A stretch of DNA of 25,274 nt from Kofleriaceae bacterium (GTDB taxonomy: Bacteria; Myxococcota_A; Polyangia; Haliangiales; Haliangiaceae), in NCBI GenBank assembly GCA_016763395.1, contig JAESTW010000877.1, forward strand, positions 1 through 25,274, in the 5' to 3' direction. The notes beneath the pieces are model-generated. The model had not been told where the DNA came from. It saw only the letters and a program-made list of their open reading frames with translations, and did not search any database. The translations under genes were made by a program, and so were the position numbers. Numbering within the stretch: the first letter of the stretch is position 1; every line of letters begins with the position of its first letter. Below, piece by piece: positions 1 to 7,097 of this stretch.

Positions 1-32
1 GTGGGGGACGAAGTACCGATTCTCAGATTCTC

Positions 33-41
33 TGTGGATAA
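33..41 (-). promoter_or_regulatory. Single perfect DnaA box (TTATCCACA on the minus strand)
   Basis: TGTGGATAA at 33-41 is the exact reverse complement of the consensus DnaA box. It is the only copy noticed, so function is unproven. Confidence 0.45.
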
Positions 42-58
42 CTTTCAAAATCCGCCGG

Positions 59-133
59 CATGTAGACCATTGCCTAGTAGCAAGTACATGTAGATTAATA
101 GGTCAGGCGCAAGAGTTCGGCTCACCATGTAGA
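59..133 (+). repeat. Three direct copies of CATGTAGA upstream of gatB
   Basis: Exact 8-mer at 59-66, 87-94 and 126-133. Confidence 0.75.
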
Positions 134-141
134 CTCGACGT

Positions 142-1605
142 GTGCCGGAAGAAACGCAATGGGAAGCTGTGATCGGGCTGGAAGTTCACGTCCAGCTCAA
201 GACTGAGAGCAAGGCCTTTTCTGCCTCAGCAGTGCGCTTTGGTGAGTCGCCAAACACGCTTACCGATCCGACGGTGCTCGGTCTGCCCGGTGCGTTACCG
301 GTGTTCAACGCCCAAGGGCTGCGTCACGCGATTACCCTGGGGCTCGCCCTGGGATGTGAGATTCGGCGGGATTCGCGCTTCTCTCGCAAGCATTACTTTT
401 ACCCGGATTCGCCCAAGGGTTATCAAATCTCCCAGTTCGAAGATCCAATTTGCGATGGCGGTGCTGTCGAAATTGTCCGGGATGGCGAGAATCATAAAGT
501 CGCGCTCACACGCATTCACCTGGAAGACGATGCTGGCAAGAGTACGCACTTGCCTGGCGGGCGTTCGCTGGTAGATCTAAACCGAGCCGGCGTTACACTC
601 TGCGAAATTGTCTCAGAACCCGTGATTCGATCGGCCAAAGAAGCGGGTGACTACATGCGCAGCCTTCGGCAAGTGGTGCGCTATGTCGGCGTGTCCGAGG
701 CGGACATGGAGAAGGGCCAGATGCGCTGTGACGCCAACGTCTCGATTCGCCCCAAAGGGCAAGAAATCCTCGGAACACGCACAGAACTCAAAAACATCAA
801 CTCCTTCAAGTTTGTCGAGAACGCGATTGAGCATGAGATCGCCAGACAAATCTCACTCGTCGAAAACGGCGAAAGGGTAGTGCAAGAGACTCGTCTTTGG
901 GATTCGGAGGTAGGTATTTCTCGTAGCATGCGCAGCAAAGAGGATGCAATGGACTATCGCTACATGCCCGACCCGGATTTGCCGCCGCTTCTCGTGAGTG
1001 AGCAGCTCATCGAATCGCTGCAAGCCGCATTGCCCGAATTGCCCGCCGCTGCAATCGGGCGCTTGGTGACGCTGGGCCTGTCCACGGACGACGCTGCAAA
1101 CCTGTGCTCCGAACGCCAAAAGCTAGCCTACTTTGATCAAACTCTTGCAGCCTATGGCACGAAGCCCGACACAAAGTCCGGTGGCGCGAAGCTCATCGCA
1201 AACTGGATCGCCGGCGAGCTCTTGCGCGAACTCAACCAAGACAAGCGCGACATTGCAGATTGCCCAGTCACGCCCGAGCAGTTGGCAGAACTTCTCACTC
1301 TTTTGAGTACAGACGTGGTCAGTGGCAAAATCGCCAAAGGGGTTTTGACGACAATGTATAGTAGTGGAGACTCAGCCCAGAGCATTGTCGAGCGGGAAGG
1401 GCTGCAGCAAATCACTGATACTGGGGCTATCGAGTCGTTGGTCGACAAGGTGCTGGACGAAAATCCCAGCCAGGTTGCCAAGTACAAAGAGGGCAATATG
1501 AAGATGCTCGGCTACTTCGTTGGCCAAGTTATGAAGGCAAGTGGGGGCCAAGCGAAGCCGAAACTGGTCAACGAACTCATCAGATCGAAGATCTCGGGCG
1601 CATAA
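142..1605 (+). CDS. gatB: Aspartyl/glutamyl-tRNA amidotransferase subunit B
   Basis: 487 aa with GTG start. Motifs VIGLEVHVQL, RKHYFYPD, RIHLEDDAGK, DLNRAG, EIVSEP, RCDANVS, ELKNINSF, YRYMPDPDL and a C-terminal YqeY-like GQVMK..G.A.P. Confidence 0.98.
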   Translation: MPEETQWEAVIGLEVHVQLKTESKAFSASAVRFGESPNTLTDPTVLGLPGALPVFNAQGLRHAITLGLALGCEIRRDSRFSRKHYFYPDSPKGYQISQFEDPICDGGAVEIVRDGENHKVALTRIHLEDDAGKSTHLPGGRSLVDLNRAGVTLCEIVSEPVIRSAKEAGDYMRSLRQVVRYVGVSEADMEKGQMRCDANVSIRPKGQEILGTRTELKNINSFKFVENAIEHEIARQISLVENGERVVQETRLWDSEVGISRSMRSKEDAMDYRYMPDPDLPPLLVSEQLIESLQAALPELPAAAIGRLVTLGLSTDDAANLCSERQKLAYFDQTLAAYGTKPDTKSGGAKLIANWIAGELLRELNQDKRDIADCPVTPEQLAELLTLLSTDVVSGKIAKGVLTTMYSSGDSAQSIVEREGLQQITDTGAIESLVDKVLDENPSQVAKYKEGNMKMLGYFVGQVMKASGGQAKPKLVNELIRSKISGA

Positions 1606-1660
1606 TGTGGGCAAAAAACCAAAATCGACACTCCGGATTGGAGATCGAGGAGAAAATAGC

Positions 1661-1688
1661 TTGACGCACAGCCACTTACGATTAGACT
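1661..1688 (+). promoter_or_regulatory. sigma70-type promoter for rplU-rpmA
   Basis: TTGACG (1661-1666), 16-nt spacer, TAGACT (1683-1688). SD-like GGAGAG at 1720-1725 precedes ATG 1731. Confidence 0.7.
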
Positions 1689-1730
1689 GCCGACTTCTTA
1701 CTTCAAGACCTTTCAAAGCGGAGAGTAGCG

Positions 1731-2045
1731 ATGTACGCTGTAATTCAAACAGGCGGTAAACAGTACCGTGTAGAACCCGGCCAAACCCTTAGCGTGGAAA
1801 AACTTCCAGGCGAGCTTGGCGAAAACATCGAATTTGGTGAGGTGCTCCTCGTCGCTGGCGAAGACTCTGTCTCCGTCGGTAAGCCAACAGTAGCAGGCGC
1901 GAAAGTGACTGCTGAGATCGTTGAGCATGGCAAAGACAAAAAAGTCATTGTCTACAAATTCCAAAGACGACAGAACTATCGACGTCGTTATGGACATCGA
2001 CAGGCTTTCACCTCAATCAAAATCAACGAGGTTGTAGCTCCTTAA
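1731..2045 (+). CDS. rplU: 50S ribosomal protein L21
   Basis: [15 protein letters not shown]-terminus and [13 protein letters not shown]-terminal motif; 104 aa. Confidence 0.99.
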   Translation: MYAVIQTGGKQYRVEPGQTLSVEKLPGELGENIEFGEVLLVAGEDSVSVGKPTVAGAKVTAEIVEHGKDKKVIVYKFQRRQNYRRRYGHRQAFTSIKINEVVAP

Positions 2046-2076
2046 GGGGAGTTGCAGCACTTATAAAAGGCTCGCA

Positions 2077-2337
2077 ATGGCACATAAAAAAGGACAAGGT
2101 TCCACACGGAACGGTCGCGACTCCAACCCCAAATACCGTGGCGTTAAGCGCTTCGGTGGCCAGGTTGTAAGCGCAGGTAGCATTCTGGTTCGCCAGTGTG
2201 GTACCAAAGTGTACGCCGGCAAGAACGTCGGAACAGGCAAAGACTGGACACTGTTCGCTCTTTGTGACGGAACGGTGGAGTTCCAGCGACAAGGTCGCAG
2301 CAAGAAGCGCATCACAATTGTGCCTCTTGAGAACTAG
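2077..2337 (+). CDS. rpmA: 50S ribosomal protein L27
   Basis: [23 protein letters not shown] and DWTLFAL motifs. It follows rplU directly, with no prp gene and no N-terminal extension. Confidence 0.99.
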   Translation: MAHKKGQGSTRNGRDSNPKYRGVKRFGGQVVSAGSILVRQCGTKVYAGKNVGTGKDWTLFALCDGTVEFQRQGRSKKRITIVPLEN

Positions 2338-2441
2338 TTCAACTGGGCTAGTCCAACTGGGCTAATCCAACTGGGCTAATCCAACTGGGCTGTTCCAAAG
2401 ACTAGTCTTCCAAGGCTGGTCTTCCAGCTAATCTTCGTGAC
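2335..2441 (+). repeat. Decaying 14-bp tandem repeat array, consensus TA(G/A)T(C/T)CAACTGGGC
   Basis: Near-identical units at 2335-2348, 2349-2362, 2363-2376 and 2377-2390. Degenerate 12-14 nt units follow at 2391-2402, 2403-2416, 2417-2428 and 2429-2441. Confidence 0.9.
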
Positions 2442-2461
2442 TAGCTACTGAAATCTCAATA

Positions 2462-2512
2462 TTGAGTATGGAAAGGGCAACTCTCGGTTGAGAGTCGTTC
2501 TTTCCAATTCAA
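2462..2512 (+). other. Long imperfect RNA hairpin (about 23 bp stem, GGTT loop)
   Basis: TTGAGT-A-TGGAAAGGGCAACTCTC, loop GGTT (2486-2489), then GAGAGTCGTTCTTTCCA-ATTCAA. It pairs with one A-C mismatch, G-U wobbles and one bulge. Confidence 0.7.
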
Positions 2513-2513
2513 C

Positions 2514-2545
2514 AAAGTCAGTCGTCACTCGACACTGACTTTTTT
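2514..2545 (+). terminator. Intrinsic terminator after rplU-rpmA, just upstream of obgE
   Basis: AAAGTCAGT (2514-2522) pairs perfectly with ACTGACTTT (2534-2542). 11-nt loop; T6 run at 2540-2545. Confidence 0.75.
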
Positions 2546-2583
2546 GTGTTGCCAAAAATCTCCCCTTAAAACTCTAGGCCATC

Positions 2584-3633
2584 ATGCAGTTCATCGATCA
2601 CGTTAAAATTCACGTCAAAGCCGGCAACGGTGGAAATGGCTGTGCTGCTTTTCGACGCGAATCGCATACGCCCAAAGGTGGGCCTTCTGGTGGCGATGGC
2701 GGCAACGGCGGCAACGTCATTCTCATTGCCGATCATCAGCTCTCAACTCTAATCAACTTCCGCTTTCGCCACGAGTTCAAAGCGATTCGTGGAGAAGATG
2801 GCCGGGGTAAAGATCAGTACGGCAAAGGCGGCCCAGATCTGATCCTCAAAGTTCCGCCAGGAACGATGATTTACGATCACGAGTCTGGCGAGCTACTTGC
2901 CGATCTCGCAAAAATTGGCGAAGAGTTCCTTGTTGCCAGTGGCGGACACGGCGGGCGAGGTAACATTCACTTCGCTAGCCCGTGGAATCAGACACCAACA
3001 GAGGCGGAACCGGGAACCCTGGGAGACGAAGTCGATCTCCGTTTGGAGCTCAAACTACTCGCCGACGTGGGCCTTCTGGGCTACCCGAGTGTGGGCAAGA
3101 GCACGTTTATCTCTAAGATTTCCAAAGCGAAGCCCAAAATCGCTGACTATCCATTTACCACCTTGGTGCCTAACCTCGGAGTGGTTCGTCTCGACACCGA
3201 ACGCCACATGGTGGTCGCCGACATTCCTGGACTTATAGAAGGCGCCGCCGATGGCGCTGGACTCGGACACCAGTTTTTACGCCATGTAGAGCGTTGCCGA
3301 ATTTTGGTTCACATCGTGGAAGCCTCTGTTTTTACAGGGCCTGATCGGGATCCGATCGGTGATTTTGACCGCATTAACATTGAGCTTGCCCGCTATGCAC
3401 CCGAACTCTCGGATAAGCCGCAGATTGTCGTGCTCAACAAGATCGATCTGACCGAAACCCGTGATTCTTTGGAGGAAATCGAAGCTGCCTTCAAAGAAAA
3501 GGGGATCTCGCTCGTTACGATGTCTTGCATCACGGGAGACGGGCTCAAATCGTTACTTCAGTCGATGTGGAGCCTCCTCGTAGAGAATCCAAAGCCTGTC
3601 GAGCCTGTTGAGCCCAAAGATTCCAACGTTTAG
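2584..3633 (+). CDS. obgE: Obg/CgtA family GTPase
   Basis: Gly-rich Obg fold (GNGGNGCAAFRRE, GGPSGGDGGNGG). G motifs GYPSVGKST, YPFTTLVPNLG, DIPG and NKID. 349 aa with no OCT domain; typical rplU-rpmA-obg synteny. Confidence 0.98.
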   Translation: MQFIDHVKIHVKAGNGGNGCAAFRRESHTPKGGPSGGDGGNGGNVILIADHQLSTLINFRFRHEFKAIRGEDGRGKDQYGKGGPDLILKVPPGTMIYDHESGELLADLAKIGEEFLVASGGHGGRGNIHFASPWNQTPTEAEPGTLGDEVDLRLELKLLADVGLLGYPSVGKSTFISKISKAKPKIADYPFTTLVPNLGVVRLDTERHMVVADIPGLIEGAADGAGLGHQFLRHVERCRILVHIVEASVFTGPDRDPIGDFDRINIELARYAPELSDKPQIVVLNKIDLTETRDSLEEIEAAFKEKGISLVTMSCITGDGLKSLLQSMWSLLVENPKPVEPVEPKDSNV

Positions 3634-3782
3634 CTCTCCAGAGCTCTCTCGGTTAATGCTACCGGGCTATTGTCACATTTAGATAAACTCGCCAACTGCC
3701 AGAAAAGCACCAGGTTTTCTGGTGATCGGTCGATTGTCGGCTTGTGAGTACTCTTTCTCAGCCGTGTTCATTTCCGTTGCCG

Positions 3783-3816
3783 GGCCTTCTTACGGCCTTC
3801 TTGTGGCCGTCTTCTT
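3783..3816. promoter_or_regulatory. Three direct repeats at 11-bp spacing upstream of the Glt-like operon (candidate transcription factor sites)
   Basis: GGCCTTCTT at 3783 and 3794; GGCCGTCTTCTT at 3805. The repeats are directly visible, but the regulatory role is inferred. Confidence 0.4.
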
Positions 3817-3930
3817 GCCGCGTTCGCGTTGCAATGCTAAAAATGTGGTTACAGATTTTGCAAAAACACAGCGATCATTTTCGTTTGTCGTTTCGCAATA
3901 TTCTTTGTTCAGCAATTTGAGGATCCTGCA

Positions 3931-4698
3931 ATGCGCAACTTAACTAGCCTATCTCGGAGCAGCTTAGCTGCTATTTTCGCTGTCTTTTTCGCTCTTAGCT
4001 TCGCTCAAGTGGCGAGTGCTCAGCCGGGTGAAGAACCTGGTGGTGGCCCGGACACAACAGCACCAGATGCAACCCCTGAAGAGCCGTTAGGTGATCCGAC
4101 CTCTCCCGAAGACCCTGCAACTGACCCGGGTGAAGTGCCCGCCGCTTCTCCTGAACCAACAACTGTCGGCCCAGAAATTCCCGTTAATCTTCGATTGCGC
4201 CGATTGGAGCAACGCGTACAAGCACTAAAAGAGCGCGCATGGCGAGCCAAAGCACGGGTCGGAATGCTCAAAGAAGCAGTGCTTGGTGGTGGTGTTGGCG
4301 CGCGAGCAAACATCAAACACATCAACAAGATGGGCAACAGCTATCGCCTAATCAAGCTGGTCTACGCTCTCGACGGTGCTCAGGTATTCGCCCGTAGTGA
4401 TGCATCTGGCGCACTTCACAAAGAATCTGAGTTCGACGTACTGACGGGTCCCATTTCACCCGGTAGCCATACCATCAGTGTATTGGCACTTTACCGAGGC
4501 CACGGCTACGGCGTTTTTAAGTACCTCAAGAAGTACAAGTTCACGGTTCGCTCAAGCCATACTTTCACTGCTAGTGAAGGTAAAGGAACCAGCATCAAAG
4601 TTGTCGCGTTTGAACGTGGCGGCGTGACAACTCCTCTGGACAAGCGTCCGGCTTTTGACTTCAAGGTCAATGTCATCGACAGCGGTAAGAGTAAATAA
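3931..4698 (+). CDS. Conserved myxobacterial secreted hypothetical protein, first gene of the Glt-like operon
   Basis: SD GAGGA at 3919-3923. Sec signal peptide ending ASA-Q, acidic Pro-rich linker, coiled-coil LRRLEQRVQALKERAWRAKAR, then a beta-rich domain (YALDGAQVF, YRGHGYGVFKYL, FERGG). Confidence 0.85.
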   Translation: MRNLTSLSRSSLAAIFAVFFALSFAQVASAQPGEEPGGGPDTTAPDATPEEPLGDPTSPEDPATDPGEVPAASPEPTTVGPEIPVNLRLRRLEQRVQALKERAWRAKARVGMLKEAVLGGGVGARANIKHINKMGNSYRLIKLVYALDGAQVFARSDASGALHKESEFDVLTGPISPGSHTISVLALYRGHGYGVFKYLKKYKFTVRSSHTFTASEGKGTSIKVVAFERGGVTTPLDKRPAFDFKVNVIDSGKSK

Positions 4699-4700
4699 CG

Positions 4701-7097
4701 GTGTTTGGTCGCCTACTACTCGCGGCAGCACTTTGCGGCACAACTTTCTCCTTGGCGGAGCGCAATGCGCACGCCGAGTCTCTTGAGAAAATTGCCAAGA
4801 AGCTGATTGGCATTGACGCGGAGATCGGAAACCTGAGTTCCGGTATCCGACGTCCGAAACAGATCGGAAAAGTGGAAACACAAGATCTGGCATCACGCCG
4901 GCTTATCGACGCCCAAGTCAACTTTGGTGTCGGTAACTACGATGATGCTGCGGTTATGCTCTACGATTTTGTCGAGAAGCATCCAACCCATCGTTCATGG
5001 GATGAGGCGCTTTACTACCTGGCCGAATCACTTTTTCAAAAAGGTGACTACGTCGCATCGCGCTCGTACTTCATTCGTCTGGCGAGTGAGCGGGGCAATC
5101 GCAGCAAGTTTTACCAGCAAGCGTTGGAGCGACTGATTGAGCTCACACTGAAGCTCGATGACTCCAAAGATGTCGACAAGTGGCTAACTGCGCTCGACGG
5201 CGTTCCGCAGCAACAGTTGCGCGACTCCGTGCCTTACGTGCGCGGCAAGTACGCTCACTTTCGAGAGCAGTTTGACGAGTCACTCAAGCACTTTGGCATG
5301 GTGCCGAAGACCTCTGAGTACTATTCGCAAGCGCAGTACTTCATGGGCGTCAACTACGTCGCCAAAGGAGAGCTTGGCCTCGCCCTCGACCTATTCAAGA
5401 AACTCGTATTGGTTGGTGGCGAGAGCAAAGAAGCACTTCGTGTTGCCGAGCTTAGCCACATGGTTCTCGGACGTCTCTACTACGAGCGAGATCAACCTTC
5501 GAAAGCAGTCGATGAGTACCTGCGAATTTCTCGGCGCTCTGACCTCTTTGACGAAGCACTATTCGAAGTCACTTGGGTTTACGTTAAAAACAAAGAGTTT
5601 GATAAGGCGCTTCGAGCTTTAGAGCTTCTCGCACTGGCGGACCCAAATTCCCAGCGCATGCCGGACGTTCGTATCCTCGAGGGCAATCTTCGTATTCGCA
5701 AGGCACAGCGAATTGCTATCGATGGCAAAGGCAATAGCAAAGAAGAATACGACCGAGCGATCGAAGTCTTTGACGAAACTCGCAACAACTTTCGCGAGTC
5801 TCACGAAGAGCTCAAAGAAATTATTGCAGAACATGGCGACGCTTCCACATTCTTGCAGCAAATCACTGGCCGAAGCTCGGACACCTTCGATGTTACGTCA
5901 ACCATTCCCGAAGTTGCGGCGGCTTGGCTACGGGAGCAGCCCGAAGTCGCGCGAGTTGTGGATATCGAGACCAACCTCGGACAGATCGAGGCAGAGATCG
6001 CTGAAGCGGAAGCAACGATTGTTCGCCTAGAAGCCGCGATTGACACTCCTTCACGAGTCAACATCTTCCCGAGTTTGGCGCAAAAGCGTATTCGCAGCAC
6101 TGAGATCTTGGATGAAACCGTCAAGCTTCGTGTTGATCTAGCTACTCAAGCGCGGAACCTCGCGGACAAGTACGCTAGTGGTACTCAAAGTGGCCAGCTC
6201 GACAATCTTCGGGCTCAGGTCTTCCAAATTCAAAAGGAAATCAGCGCACTTCCCGACGGTGACTCTAGTGAAGGCGAGAAAATCACCAAGGCGCGGAATC
6301 GCTACACGAAGCTGAGTGAGCGGGCGGCGGAAGTTTCAACGATTATCGATGTAACCGAAGCTCAACTAGTCGCATTGGAAAAATACGTAATCGATCAGGG
6401 CTCTGCGCTCAAGGTCGACGAAATTGAGACATTCAACAACGATCTGAAAACGCTTCGGGCTGTTGTCGATGAGTTGCGTGGTGAACTAAAAAGCATTCGC
6501 AGCGACACCGTCTTGGCCAAAGATCGAGCGGGCACTGGAGACGAGGCTGCATCGAAGCGCAACGCGTTGCGGGCAGATTTGCAGCGCGCACTAGACGCTG
6601 AGCACGGCGCGATGATGAGTACCAGTTCTGCGATGAGCAGTAGTGATCGCGGCAAAATGCAGCAGATTGGTCGTTTGACGACACAGGCCAAGAACGCAGC
6701 CTCAAAACTCAGTCGAGTGAAGGGGACCATCGATAGTATTGTCGATGAGGCTTTGGGCGAAGTTCGTGATGCGCTCTCGGAAGAGAAGGCACATTTGGGC
6801 GCATATCGTCGAGAGTTTTTGAATTACGAACGCGAGTCTCATGAGATTGGCGGCGAAATTCTGGTGCTCAGCTTCCAAAACGTCTCTGCGAAGTTCTACG
6901 ATATTTTAGTACGCTCCGACGTTGGCATCGTCGATGTGGCTTGGTCTCTAAAAGAGGCCGCAGAAACATCTTTGAAACGACTCACTCTCGATCAGGCACG
7001 CGAACGGCGTACTTTGGACTCTGACTTTGCGGACGTAATCCGTGAAATCCGCGAAACCAGAGCGCAAGAGCTCTTCGATCAGGCTGCAGGCAAGTAA
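4701..7097 (+). CDS. Secreted TPR/coiled-coil protein, GltC/NfsC-like
   Basis: 798 aa with GTG start 2 nt after the upstream stop. Signal peptide ends AHA-E. TPR-like helices (ALYYLAESLFQKGDY, AQYFMGVNY, LSHMVLGRLYY, ALFEVTWVY) precede a long coiled-coil C-half. Sits directly upstream of the GltD-like gene. Confidence 0.75.
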   Translation: MFGRLLLAAALCGTTFSLAERNAHAESLEKIAKKLIGIDAEIGNLSSGIRRPKQIGKVETQDLASRRLIDAQVNFGVGNYDDAAVMLYDFVEKHPTHRSWDEALYYLAESLFQKGDYVASRSYFIRLASERGNRSKFYQQALERLIELTLKLDDSKDVDKWLTALDGVPQQQLRDSVPYVRGKYAHFREQFDESLKHFGMVPKTSEYYSQAQYFMGVNYVAKGELGLALDLFKKLVLVGGESKEALRVAELSHMVLGRLYYERDQPSKAVDEYLRISRRSDLFDEALFEVTWVYVKNKEFDKALRALELLALADPNSQRMPDVRILEGNLRIRKAQRIAIDGKGNSKEEYDRAIEVFDETRNNFRESHEELKEIIAEHGDASTFLQQITGRSSDTFDVTSTIPEVAAAWLREQPEVARVVDIETNLGQIEAEIAEAEATIVRLEAAIDTPSRVNIFPSLAQKRIRSTEILDETVKLRVDLATQARNLADKYASGTQSGQLDNLRAQVFQIQKEISALPDGDSSEGEKITKARNRYTKLSERAAEVSTIIDVTEAQLVALEKYVIDQGSALKVDEIETFNNDLKTLRAVVDELRGELKSIRSDTVLAKDRAGTGDEAASKRNALRADLQRALDAEHGAMMSTSSAMSSSDRGKMQQIGRLTTQAKNAASKLSRVKGTIDSIVDEALGEVRDALSEEKAHLGAYRREFLNYERESHEIGGEILVLSFQNVSAKFYDILVRSDVGIVDVAWSLKEAAETSLKRLTLDQARERRTLDSDFADVIREIRETRAQELFDQAAGK

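Noticed and set aside
1595-1622. GGGCGCATAA-TGT at the gatB stop resembles the XerC arm of a dif site
   Set aside because: The position of the XerD arm reads CAAAAAACCAA, not TTATGTTAAAT.
2335-2441. Repeat array as a CRISPR
   Set aside because: The units are 14 bp, directly adjacent and have no spacers; no cas genes are present.
3817-3865. Possible sigma54 promoters upstream of the Glt-like operon
   Set aside because: TTGCA at 3829-3833 has CG rather than GG at the -24 position, and GG(3847-3848)/GC(3860-3861) is spaced by 11 nt, not 10.
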